A DNA stretch of 64,000 bases from an uncultured Clostridia bacterium (lineage in GTDB: Bacteria; Bacillota; Clostridia; TANB77; CAG-508): positions 717 through 64,716 of the forward strand of contig CALXFH010000007.1 of NCBI GenBank assembly GCA_944387555.1, given 5' to 3'. This document shows positions 40,989-52,293 of the stretch, in pieces (position 1 is the first letter of the stretch; each line of letters opens with the position of its first letter). Under the pieces are notes generated by a model. The model had not been told where the DNA came from, did not search any database, and saw only the letters and a program-made list of their open reading frames with translations. The translations under genes and the position numbers were made by a program.

Positions 40989-42014
40989 TTATTTCCTCAA
41001 ATTCTTTCTTCTTAGTTGACCACATGCTGCATCTATATCAGAACCTAATTCTCTTCTTATAGTTGCTACTATTCCATGGTCATTTAAATAATCCCTAAAT
41101 TTCATTATATGTTCATTTGAGCTTTTTGTATATGCTCCATTTTCTATTTTATTTATTGGAATTAAATTTACATGACAAAGCATTCCTTTAAGTAAATGTA
41201 CTAATCCCTTTGCATCATCTAAATTATCATTATTATCTTTTGCTAATGCATATTCAAATGATATTCTTCTATTAGTTTTTTCTATATAATCTTTACATGC
41301 TTTTATTAATTCTTCTATTGGATATGCATCATTTACTGGCATCATACTACTTCTTTTTTCATTTGTTGTTGCATGTAATGATATAGATAATGTACAAGGA
41401 ATATTTTCTTCTGCTAATTTATATATCTTAGGAACTAATCCACTTGTTGAAATACTAATATGACGTGCTCCTATACTTAATCCTTTTTGATTATTTAATA
41501 TGTGTATTGCATTTATTACATTATCATAATTATCTAGTGGTTCTCCAATTCCCATAAATACTACATTTGATATTCTAACTCCTGTATCTTGTTCAACGGC
41601 TAATATTTGTTCTACAATTTCACCTGAGCTTAAGTTTCTAATAAAGTTTATCCCTGTAGAAGCACAGAACTTACACCCCATTTTACAACCGATTTGAGAT
41701 GATACACAAATGCTATATCCGTGATGATAACTCATTAATACTGTTTCTATTGCATTTCCATCTAATACATCAAATAAATATTTAATTGTTCCATCTTTAG
41801 ATACTTGTTTTTTTAATATATTAAAATTACACATTGTATAATTTTCTTTTAGTTTTTCCCTTAATTCTAAAGATATATTAGTCATCTCATCAAATGATTT
41901 TACTTTTTCTTGATAAATCCATTTAAATATTTGTTCTGCTCTAAATGGCTTTTCTCCCATACTTACTAATTCTTGTTTTAATTCTTCTAAATTATAATCC
42001 TTAATATTTTTCAC
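40989..42014 (-). CDS. rlmN: 23S rRNA/tRNA m2A methyltransferase RlmN
   Basis: CVSSQIGCKMGCKFC, MGIGEP, DIDAACGQL. Confidence 0.95.
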   Translation of the reverse strand: MKNIKDYNLEELKQELVSMGEKPFRAEQIFKWIYQEKVKSFDEMTNISLELREKLKENYTMCNFNILKKQVSKDGTIKYLFDVLDGNAIETVLMSYHHGYSICVSSQIGCKMGCKFCASTGINFIRNLSSGEIVEQILAVEQDTGVRISNVVFMGIGEPLDNYDNVINAIHILNNQKGLSIGARHISISTSGLVPKIYKLAEENIPCTLSISLHATTNEKRSSMMPVNDAYPIEELIKACKDYIEKTNRRISFEYALAKDNNDNLDDAKGLVHLLKGMLCHVNLIPINKIENGAYTKSSNEHIMKFRDYLNDHGIVATIRRELGSDIDAACGQLRRKNLRK

Positions 42015-42048
42015 TTTACTTCCTTCCTTACTATAGATTATTGTCTCA

Positions 42049-42249
42049 TTATTTCAACATATTTCTTTTCCAAGTATTTTTTCCTATTTCTTTTGGTATT
42101 ACTATTTTAGAGGTATTTACACTTCTTTTTTGCAATAGTCCTTCTAGTTCCTCTTCTAAAAAATATTCTTCTTTAAAGAATATTCTTGTTAATATTTTTC
42201 TTATTTTTTCAAACTTGGTTTCTTTTCTAACTATTAAAGCATTTTCCAT
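42049..42249 (-). CDS. Small hypothetical protein
   Basis: SD GAGGTG before ATG; co-oriented between the ATPase and rlmN. Confidence 0.55.
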   Translation of the reverse strand: MENALIVRKETKFEKIRKILTRIFFKEEYFLEEELEGLLQKRSVNTSKIVIPKEIGKNTWKRNMLK

Positions 42250-42281
42250 AGTATCACCTCAAATAGGTTTAAACTTATTTT

Positions 42282-43475
42282 TTATTCTTTATTTAATAAC
42301 CAATTTAGCACATTTATCTGTTTTATTCCATTATAAGAAGTATATGGTGTAAAGTCCATTGTTAATAAATATTTAGGATTATGGTCTTTGATATTTTCAA
42401 GGCTTTTAAGTTCTCTTTCTAAAACTTTTTCATCCATAACCGTATATGCTACTTGGTAATATTCTTCTCCTTTTTCATTTATTGCTATAAAATCAACTTC
42501 ACTATTGTCTACTTTTCCTACATAAACTTCATAGCCTCTTCTTAACAATTCTAAATAAACTATATTCTCTAATATATGTCCTTGGTCAGCATTCTTACTT
42601 CCTAATAAATAATATCTAAGCCCTATATCTGAAACATAATATTTAGCACCACTTGAAAGTCTTTGTTTTCCTTTTATATCATATCTACTTGCTTTATATA
42701 AAATAAAAGCTTCCATTAATGCTGATAAATAACTCTCAACTGTTGGAACTGTTATATTTCTTCCTGAAGAACACATTGTATTTGCTATTTTAGTACTTGA
42801 GCATAAATTTCCTATATTATCAAACATAAACCTAACAACACTATCTAAAGCACTAATATCAGATATTTTCTTTCTCGTTGCTATATCCTTAATTAATATT
42901 GTATTATATATACCGTCTAAATAAGCTCTTATGTCTTTTACATTTTCTAAATTCAAAGCATATGGAAATGAACTTTTAGTTATATAATCAACGTATTTTT
43001 GTTGAAGGTCACTTTCACCTCTATATGATATATATTCTTCAAATGACAATGGTAACATCTTTATTTCTACATATCTTCCAGAAAGTAAAGTTGCAAGTTC
43101 TCCTGATAACAAATTTGCATTTGAGCCCGTTATATATAAATCCACATTTTTCTTTATATATAAACTATCACATGCTTTTTGAAAATCTTCTACAATTTGT
43201 ACTTCATCTAAGAACACATAATTTTGTTTGTCACTTATAAGTTTAGCTTTTACATACTCATATAAATCTTTATAATTTTTTATAAAATCATAATCTGCAT
43301 CTTCTAAATTTATCCTTATTATTTGTTCTTCTTTTATTCCGTTTTTCTTCAAATAGTCTATATATAAATCAAATAAAGTAGATTTACCACATCTTCTTAT
43401 TCCAGTTATTACTTTTATTAAATCTTTATCTTTAAAACTTATTAATTCTTCTAAATATTTTTTTCTCTCTATCAT
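42282..43475 (-). CDS. AAA+ ATPase (AAA_14 + DUF4143)
   Basis: GIRRCGKS, FLDEVQ, TGSNA, LENIVYLEL, EVDF, YYQV. Confidence 0.9.
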   Translation of the reverse strand: MIERKKYLEELISFKDKDLIKVITGIRRCGKSTLFDLYIDYLKKNGIKEEQIIRINLEDADYDFIKNYKDLYEYVKAKLISDKQNYVFLDEVQIVEDFQKACDSLYIKKNVDLYITGSNANLLSGELATLLSGRYVEIKMLPLSFEEYISYRGESDLQQKYVDYITKSSFPYALNLENVKDIRAYLDGIYNTILIKDIATRKKISDISALDSVVRFMFDNIGNLCSSTKIANTMCSSGRNITVPTVESYLSALMEAFILYKASRYDIKGKQRLSSGAKYYVSDIGLRYYLLGSKNADQGHILENIVYLELLRRGYEVYVGKVDNSEVDFIAINEKGEEYYQVAYTVMDEKVLERELKSLENIKDHNPKYLLTMDFTPYTSYNGIKQINVLNWLLNKE

Positions 43476-43504
43476 AATATACACCTCTTTGCTTTATTTT
43501 CTTA

Positions 43505-43598
43505 ATTTTATCATAATATTAGCAAAAAGTCAATTTTGTAAAACATATTTTACAAAATTGGTATTTATTTGTTTTTTTGTAAAATTCGTTTTATAAAA
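43505..43598 (-). promoter_or_regulatory. Promoter with two related upstream palindromes
   Basis: TTGACT-N17-TAAAAT (43533-43505); IR CAATTTTGTAAAA-CATA-TTTTACAAAATTG (43531-43560) and a degenerate copy at ~43575-43598. Confidence 0.6.
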
Positions 43599-43609
43599 AT
43601 ATCAACTAG

Positions 43610-44173
43610 TTATATATGAAATTTTCTTACAATCGCTGCTTTCACATCTTTTGCGCATAAGAACAGAGTAAGTATCAAATTCAAAATAGAAATACCACTT
43701 GCAACTATACTAAGTACTTTATTTTCTAATATATTTTCACTTATTAATATTACAGGTATCATACTAAGTAACACTATAATTAGTTGGTAAATCGCATATT
43801 TAATATATTTCTTATGGCTTACTATTGTAAGTACTAGCATAGTAACATTTGCTATCATAATTATTATAGGAACCGATATATTTATAGACCATTTTTCAAA
43901 ACCTAGTTTATAATCTATAAATACGGTAAGAAGTGATATTGCAATTGCTTGCACTAATACGTGTCCTGCTATATTTATGTTTTTCTTAATTGAATAAAAT
44001 ACTGTAATCCATACATATATAATACCTGCATTTGAAAGTGCAGCCCATGGAACTTCAGGAGTTGTCAATTTATTTATAAGTAACAAAAGAAGTCCCAATA
44101 CCACAGAACATATAAGAAGTATCTTAAATATTAAATCTTTCTTTTTACTACTTAATTTCTTTGGATATATCAT
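43610..44173 (-). CDS. DUF6320-like membrane protein
   Basis: Multi-TM, starts with YP and ends RKFHI; coupled to the upstream acetyltransferase-like gene. Confidence 0.7.
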   Translation of the reverse strand: MIYPKKLSSKKKDLIFKILLICSVVLGLLLLLINKLTTPEVPWAALSNAGIIYVWITVFYSIKKNINIAGHVLVQAIAISLLTVFIDYKLGFEKWSINISVPIIIMIANVTMLVLTIVSHKKYIKYAIYQLIIVLLSMIPVILISENILENKVLSIVASGISILNLILTLFLCAKDVKAAIVRKFHI

Positions 44174-45461
44174 CTAAAACACCATTACTTTCTATTTCTA
44201 CATTAATATTTCTTTCTTTTAAAAAGTTATAAAAACATTTTTCAATACTATTATCTTTTAATATTGATGTAAATGTAAATACCATCTTATTTTCAAAAGT
44301 ACAACTAGAACATTTTATTTTCTCAACAGGCTCTGGTGCAATAAGCATTAAGAAATAATCTATATAATCTTTGTATTTACCAATTATACCAACTCTTCCT
44401 ATATTTGAATATGTTATAGTTGTATATTTTCTAATCTCTATATAACTTAGTCTTACAAAGAATTTTTTAATTATTAAAGGTAATATCTTTATTATAAAAT
44501 TAGTTCCAAGCTTTACATTTGCTGACATTGTCTTTATTATTTCTTCTTCTTGTAACCTTTTCTTAAAATCTGTTTTTACAAATTCTATTATTTTATCAAA
44601 AGTGTCTAGATTATCTTTTTTCATTTCCGCTTCTAATGTTATATAAGAAAAGAAATTAGACATTGTCTTTGATGGAAAATATTTTTTTAAGTTTACTGGA
44701 ATACACACTTTAATTGGCTTGCTACCTTTATAATTATATTTTTTATAATTTGCTTCATATATAGAATATATTAAAACTGCTGTCAGATATTGTGTTATAG
44801 TTGCTTCGTATTTTTTGCTTTCCTTTTTTAGTGCCTCTAAATCTATTATTTCATGTATTGTAGAAATTGCACCAAAACCAATTTTCTTTCCTTTTAACAC
44901 ATATGCTTTCTTAGATGAAGCGTTTCCTTTAGCTTTTTTATCATAGTTTTTCATATAGCTATCTTCTGTGTTATTTTCTACTATTTTTCTTGTGCTTCTT
45001 TCTTCTTTTAATTCATCTTTATGTAATAATTCTAAATAATTATATATTATTTCTTTAAAAAACATATTTCCACTATTTCCATCTGTTAGAGAGTGGAATA
45101 TATCTATATTTATTTTATTTTCAAAATAAGTTACTTTAAATAAATAATTATTGTTAGTTCTTGGCTCTATATATTTACAAGGATAATCCTTTTCTTCCTC
45201 TATAACTACATCTTTTGGATTATATTCTAAATAATACCAAAAAAATCCTGCTTTCATCCTTACTTTGAATGATGGATATTGCACTAATGCTCTATTTACT
45301 GCCTTGTATAACATTTTAGGCTCTACTTTCTCTTTTAACACAGCTGACAATCTAAAAACCGTACTATATTTTCTACCTGCTGCAATAGGAAATATCTTCG
45401 CGGAATTATCCAACCTTCTCCAATATAATTTATTATCTTTTTTTATTTTTTTATTTTTCAT
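44148..45461 (-). CDS. Alcohol acetyltransferase-like (condensation-fold) protein
   Basis: WRRLDNSAKIFP, HSLTDG (HxxxDG), PVNL, SNIG. Confidence 0.8.
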   Translation of the reverse strand: MKNKKIKKDNKLYWRRLDNSAKIFPIAAGRKYSTVFRLSAVLKEKVEPKMLYKAVNRALVQYPSFKVRMKAGFFWYYLEYNPKDVVIEEEKDYPCKYIEPRTNNNYLFKVTYFENKINIDIFHSLTDGNSGNMFFKEIIYNYLELLHKDELKEERSTRKIVENNTEDSYMKNYDKKAKGNASSKKAYVLKGKKIGFGAISTIHEIIDLEALKKESKKYEATITQYLTAVLIYSIYEANYKKYNYKGSKPIKVCIPVNLKKYFPSKTMSNFFSYITLEAEMKKDNLDTFDKIIEFVKTDFKKRLQEEEIIKTMSANVKLGTNFIIKILPLIIKKFFVRLSYIEIRKYTTITYSNIGRVGIIGKYKDYIDYFLMLIAPEPVEKIKCSSCTFENKMVFTFTSILKDNSIEKCFYNFLKERNINVEIESNGVLDDISKEIK

Positions 45462-45499
45462 TATAATAAAGTCCTTCCTTGAGACATTTGGGGACGAGT

Positions 45500-46390
45500 C
45501 TAATTTGTCTCATTTACCATATCAATTAAATCCTGATATCCTTTACTAATTAATTCCTTATCACCTTTTTCATTTATTATCCAAATATGACCAGCACCAG
45601 AATATTCTTTTACTTCTATATCTTTTCCTTGTTCTTTTGCCTTTTTCTCTAATACTTCTACATCTGGATTTAATATATCACTTGTTCCAGTCATTATTGT
45701 AATGTTACCTAATTTTGATAAATCTCCATCTATTGGATTTACTAAATAACTGTTTATTCCGTCATCTCCTGCATAAGCTATCCCTGCTAGTTTTAATGCT
45801 TCCTTATTTAGTTCTTTATCTTCTTTTTGAACTTCATCAATATTTGGATTAGTTAATCTTACATCTAACCAAGGTGATATTAATATTGTTTTATTTGGCA
45901 TTACTATATTTTCTTCTGATACTTTTTCAAGCAATCCTAATGCTAATCCTCCTCCTGCTGAGTCTCCCATTACAATCAAACTTTCAGGATTTACTTTATT
46001 AATCACTTCTTTATATAATGGCTCTACCATATTATATACATCTTTATATGTATATTTTGGTGTTAATGGATAATCTGGAATTATCACTTCTGCTTTAGTA
46101 TCTACAACTAATTTTCTTATAAAATTCCAATGAGCTTCACTCATCTCTGCCATATATGAGCCACCATGGAAATATAATATTCTTGTATTACTTACTTCAC
46201 CTTCTTTAGGTGTTACCACAAATACTTTTCTTCCTTGAAATTTCTCAGTTTTCACATTACATATATCTTCTATTTGTACCGGTTCTTTTGACTCTATATC
46301 TGTAAATTTTAGATATGCTAAAACTATTAATCCTATCCCTATTAAAATTAATAATACTGCAAATATTGTTATTGTTACTTTCTTTTTCAT
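45500..46390 (-). CDS. Alpha/beta hydrolase (HSL-like esterase), membrane anchored
   Basis: HGGSY, GDSAGG, ISPWLD, GH; start at ATG 46390. Confidence 0.88.
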   Translation of the reverse strand: MKKKVTITIFAVLLILIGIGLIVLAYLKFTDIESKEPVQIEDICNVKTEKFQGRKVFVVTPKEGEVSNTRILYFHGGSYMAEMSEAHWNFIRKLVVDTKAEVIIPDYPLTPKYTYKDVYNMVEPLYKEVINKVNPESLIVMGDSAGGGLALGLLEKVSEENIVMPNKTILISPWLDVRLTNPNIDEVQKEDKELNKEALKLAGIAYAGDDGINSYLVNPIDGDLSKLGNITIMTGTSDILNPDVEVLEKKAKEQGKDIEVKEYSGAGHIWIINEKGDKELISKGYQDLIDMVNETN

Positions 46391-46485
46391 ATTCCCCACC
46401 TATATTATTTTGCTTTTATTATTTTACCATATAACATTACAAAACTCAATCAAATTAATTATATATTAATCGTTATTTTCTTACA

Positions 46486-46520
46486 GTATTACAGCGAGGA
46501 AATGAATCCTCGCTGTAATA
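46486..46520 (-). terminator. Strong hairpin / probable terminator
   Basis: TATTACAGCGAGGA-AATGAA-TCCTCGCTGTAATA. Confidence 0.6.
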
Positions 46521-46562
46521 GTTATTGTTATCCAAATAAATCTTTGAATAATAGCTTCTTTT

Positions 46563-46745
46563 TTAGTTCCAAACAAATCTAATAAAAATAGTCATACATA
46601 CAATAATCAGGCCTAAACATACCAATGCAACACAAACCACATTAGTAATATTCTCTCTAAACATCCAAGATAAGTATGCTTTATAACATCCTAGTCCAAT
46701 TACTATAATACAAAATGCAACAAACACACAATTTGCAAAGAACAT
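46563..46745 (-). CDS. Small two-TM Cys-rich membrane protein
   Basis: SD AAAGGA before ATG; two hydrophobic helices; downstream hairpin. Confidence 0.55.
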   Translation of the reverse strand: MFFANCVFVAFCIIVIGLGCYKAYLSWMFRENITNVVCVALVCLGLIIVCMTIFIRFVWN

Positions 46746-46874
46746 ATAAAATCCTTTCTCTTAAGAAGCCTGTTTCTTCTAATTAGTAGAAACTAATATA
46801 CTTACAATAACACATTAATTTTACCACAATTTTACATAAATAGCAAGAAAAAAGAATGTAGCATCTACACTCTT

Positions 46875-48041
46875 TTATCCAAATAATCCACGTTTTTTAA
46901 CTGGTGGTTGTTCATTCATTGTTCTTGCAAGTTGTGTCAATAACTCTCTTTGTTCTTTTGTTAATCTCTTTGGTGTTTGAACTGTAACTGTAAATATAAA
47001 ATCTCCTGTACTATTAGAACTAATTGACTTAAATCCTTTATTTCTAATATTAAACTTAGTTCCTGTTTGTGTTCCTTCTGGTATTTTATATTTTTCTTTA
47101 CTTCCGTCAACCATTGGAATTTCTAGCTCTGCGCCTAATGTTGCTTGAGTTATTGTTATTGGTATTTCGCAAAGTACATTATTTCCTTTTCTTGTAAACA
47201 CACTATGTCTTTTTACTTTTACTGTAATATACAAGTCACCTTTCGCTCCACCTTTTTTACCAGGCTCGCCTTCTCCTCTTAATACTACAGTTTGGTTATC
47301 ATCAATTCCTGCTGGAATTTTTACCTTTATCTTAGGTTGTCTTCTAACAGTTCCTTTACCACGACAATTTTCACAAGGCTCTTTTATAATTTCACCAGTT
47401 CCATGGCATGCTGAACATGTTCTTGTTGTTTGCATTTGACCTAAAATTGTATTTTGTACTTGTGTTACTTGACCTGTTCCATGGCATGTAGGACATTTAA
47501 TAGGAGATGTTCCTGGTTTTGCTCCAGTTCCATGGCATACTTCACATTCCTCATCTCTAGTGATAACTATTTCTTTTTCAACTCCTGAAAAGGCTTGTTC
47601 AAATGTTATTTCCATTCTAACATTTAGGTCTGCACCTTTAGAAGGTCCATTTCGTCTAGCTGATGAACTCCTTCCTCCAAAGCCTCCTCCAAAAATTGAT
47701 GAGAAAATATCTCCTAAATCTCCAAAGTCTCCAAAGTTATCGAATCCAGAACTAGAATATGAATAATATCCTCCCTGTCCAAATGGTCCTCCTTGGCCAC
47801 CAAATCCACCTTGTGGTCCATTATGTCCAAACTGGTCATACATTTTTCTTTTTTGAGGATCTGACAAGTTTTCATAAGCTTCATTTACTTCTTTAAATTT
47901 AGCTTCTGCTTCTTCTTTATTATTTGGGTTTGCATCAGGATGATATTTTTTTGCAAGTTTACGATAAGCTTTCTTTATCTCATCTTGTGTTGCATCTTTA
48001 CTTACTCCTAACACTTCATAATAATCTCTTTTTTCTGCCAT
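46875..48041 (-). CDS. dnaJ: Chaperone DnaJ
   Basis: HPD J-domain, G/F region, four CxxCxGxG repeats. Confidence 0.97.
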   Translation of the reverse strand: MAEKRDYYEVLGVSKDATQDEIKKAYRKLAKKYHPDANPNNKEEAEAKFKEVNEAYENLSDPQKRKMYDQFGHNGPQGGFGGQGGPFGQGGYYSYSSSGFDNFGDFGDLGDIFSSIFGGGFGGRSSSARRNGPSKGADLNVRMEITFEQAFSGVEKEIVITRDEECEVCHGTGAKPGTSPIKCPTCHGTGQVTQVQNTILGQMQTTRTCSACHGTGEIIKEPCENCRGKGTVRRQPKIKVKIPAGIDDNQTVVLRGEGEPGKKGGAKGDLYITVKVKRHSVFTRKGNNVLCEIPITITQATLGAELEIPMVDGSKEKYKIPEGTQTGTKFNIRNKGFKSISSNSTGDFIFTVTVQTPKRLTKEQRELLTQLARTMNEQPPVKKRGLFG

Positions 48042-48107
48042 TACATTTCCTCCTTAAGCAATAAAGAAGGTTAGAGGAAGTTCCTCTAATCCTCCTTATT
48101 TCTTACT

Positions 48108-49985
<1,878 letters not shown>

Positions 49986-50003
49986 TCATCCTTTCCTTGC
50001 TGT

Positions 50004-50140
50004 TTTTGAGGACGGGGCAAAAAACAGCATTTTATTTTTTTACTCTTATCCCCGTCAATAAAAGCTTTTTTATATATTTATTAAAATTTAATAACATTAT
50101 TTTGTTTTAAGATGAGGCTGTTTTTTGACCCCGTCCCAAA
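50004..50140. repeat. REP-like inverted repeat pair
   Basis: TTTTGAGGACGGGGCAAAAAACAGC ... GCTGTTTTTTGACCCCGTCCCAAAA. Confidence 0.7.
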
Positions 50141-50148
50141 ACTATTAT

Positions 50149-50520
50149 TTATATAAACAATAAATTTAATAACGATGTTATTCCAATCTGCATAAGTATA
50201 CCAGTTATTGTAAATGTTACTCTATCAACAAGATGGTCATACAATTTATTTAATAGCTGTGTTAATGCTAAACCTATTACAAAATAGGTTACAACCATTG
50301 CTAAAAAATAACTTCCAGCTGGTAACCAAAGCATAGGATAAACTATATAAAATATGCCCCTTGTTACTATCATTTGCTTTACTGCTATACAAACCGCATA
50401 GATTAGTGCATTTATCAAATTTCCACAGTCTTTATTTATTGTAGAATATAATATATTAAATATAATTGCATCAAGTAATATTCCAACTAATATACTTATT
50501 ATACTACTAGCATTCAACAC
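50149..50520 (-). CDS. Hypothetical four-TM membrane protein within the heat-shock operon
   Basis: GTG start after GGGGAA; hydrophobic throughout; between grpE and dnaK. Confidence 0.7.
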   Translation of the reverse strand: MLNASSIISILVGILLDAIIFNILYSTINKDCGNLINALIYAVCIAVKQMIVTRGIFYIVYPMLWLPAGSYFLAMVVTYFVIGLALTQLLNKLYDHLVDRVTFTITGILMQIGITSLLNLLFI

Positions 50521-50542
50521 TTTTACATTCCCCTTATTTATT

Positions 50543-51061
50543 CTAGTTTGCTACTGCTACCATTGAATGTCTTATTACTTTGCTTCCTATTTTATAGCCT
50601 TTTCTATATACTTCAACAATTTCTTTTTCGCCTTTTGTTTCATCTTGTACACTTCTTACTGCTTCATGTAATTCTGGATCAAATGTCTCTCCCATAGCTT
50701 CTATTTCTTCTATTCCTTTTGACTTCAATACATCATTAAATTGTTTTAGTACTAATTCTATTCCTTGTTTATAACTTTCATCTTTTGTTTCTACTTTAGC
50801 TGCATTTTCTAAGTTATCTAAGATTGGAAGTATACTTTCTACTACATCTGATAGTATTGAGTTATATAAACTTTCCCTTTCTTTTTTACTTCTTTTTTTG
50901 AAGTTTTCAAATTCTGCTAAGATTCTTTTGAAATGGTCATCTAAAGCATCATAATCTTCTTTTGGTACCATTTCTTTTGTCTTATTTTCCTTTGCTTCTA
51001 CTTTTTCCTCTTTTTTGCTTTCTTTTTTTTCTACTTCTTGATTTTCTTCTTTTTCAGCCAT
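50543..51061 (-). CDS. grpE: Nucleotide exchange factor GrpE
   Basis: AEFENFKKR, LPILDNLE, FDPELHEA, KGY. Confidence 0.96.
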   Translation of the reverse strand: MAEKEENQEVEKKESKKEEKVEAKENKTKEMVPKEDYDALDDHFKRILAEFENFKKRSKKERESLYNSILSDVVESILPILDNLENAAKVETKDESYKQGIELVLKQFNDVLKSKGIEEIEAMGETFDPELHEAVRSVQDETKGEKEIVEVYRKGYKIGSKVIRHSMVAVAN

Positions 51062-51078
51062 CTTATCCCTTCTTTCTT

Positions 51079-52104
51079 TTAATTTTCATCATTTTTTTCA
51101 TTTAATTCATTCAATTTTTTACTAATATATTTCATTACTGAAATTACTTTTGAATAATCCATTCTTTTTGGTCCTATAATTCCTATTGTTCCTAAATCTT
51201 TTCCATTTACTTTATGTTTAAAAGTTACAACACTAAAATCTTTTAATTGTTCTTGCTCGTTTTCATCACCTATATAAACTTTTATGTCTTCTGCAAAACC
51301 TGTATTTAACATATCTGCAACTAAATCTTTTGTATCTAGAATATTTACGAAGTTTTTTGCTACCTCTAAGCTATTAAATTCTGGTAAATCAAAAGATTTA
51401 TTTGCTCCTTCTAAGTATATCTTATCATCTTCTTGTAATACTTTCTTTATTTGCTCTATTATTGGTTTTACTACATTTACACTATATGTCATTTCATCAT
51501 ATAGGTAATCTTCTAATGGTCTATCTATTGTCTCTAATGGCTGTCCTTTTAGTTTTTTATTGAACATATAATTTATTGTTTCTACTTGTTTTTGTGATAT
51601 ATCTTCATCAAATTTTATGATGGTTTCTTTTACCATTCCTGTATCTGTTAGTATTACTGCCATCATCATCCTAGAGCCTAATAGTACAAATTTTATTTCT
51701 TCTATTAATTGTTCATTTGTTTTTGGTCCAATTGATACTGTAGTATAATGTGTTACTTCTGATATTGTGTTTGCTGTTATTTTTGTTAAGTCTTCTATTT
51801 CGTTTACTTTTGTTTCTAGTTTATCACTTATATATTTTATTTCTTCTAAGCTTATATCTTTATCATTTACTAGCTCATCTACATAGTACCTATATCCTTT
51901 TTCTGATGGTACTCTTCCGCTTGATGTATGTGTTTTATCTAAGTAACCATTTTTTTCTAGTTCTGCCATCTCATTTCTTATTGTTGCACTACTACAATTC
52001 AAACCATGATTTTTAGTTAAAGCATTTGAACTAACTGGTTCTGCTGTGTTTATATATTCTTCTACTATTGCTTGTAGTACTTTCTTTTTTCTATCATCTA
52101 ACAA
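51079..52104 (-). CDS. hrcA: Heat-inducible repressor HrcA
   Basis: SSATIRNEMAELE, HTSSGRVPS, IIGPKRMDY; TTG start at 52104 after GAGGTG. Confidence 0.96.
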   Translation of the reverse strand: MLDDRKKKVLQAIVEEYINTAEPVSSNALTKNHGLNCSSATIRNEMAELEKNGYLDKTHTSSGRVPSEKGYRYYVDELVNDKDISLEEIKYISDKLETKVNEIEDLTKITANTISEVTHYTTVSIGPKTNEQLIEEIKFVLLGSRMMMAVILTDTGMVKETIIKFDEDISQKQVETINYMFNKKLKGQPLETIDRPLEDYLYDEMTYSVNVVKPIIEQIKKVLQEDDKIYLEGANKSFDLPEFNSLEVAKNFVNILDTKDLVADMLNTGFAEDIKVYIGDENEQEQLKDFSVVTFKHKVNGKDLGTIGIIGPKRMDYSKVISVMKYISKKLNELNEKNDEN

Positions 52105-52133
52105 TTTTTTCACCTCTTTTTTAATTGTTAGTT

Positions 52134-52160
52134 TTAGCACTCTTTTAGTTCGTTTGCTAA
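52134..52160. promoter_or_regulatory. CIRCE element 1
   Basis: TTAGCACTC-N9-GTTTGCTAA upstream of hrcA. Confidence 0.9.
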
Positions 52161-52184
52161 CCTTTCTATATATTATACCCAATA

Positions 52185-52211
52185 TTAGCACTTGTCAATA
52201 CTTTCTGCTAA
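52185..52211. promoter_or_regulatory. CIRCE element 2, overlapping the -35 box
   Basis: TTAGCACTT-N9-TTCTGCTAA containing TTGACA on the minus strand. Confidence 0.75.
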
Positions 52212-52293
52212 AAATTTTGTGAATTTTTTGTGAAAAAGAAAAAACTATATAACCCTAATTAGAATTACATAGTTTAATATCTGTTTTATAAAT

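Noticed and set aside
52105-52191. N-terminal extension of HrcA in the ORF track
   Set aside because: The region holds the promoter and CIRCE sites; the SD points to TTG 52104.
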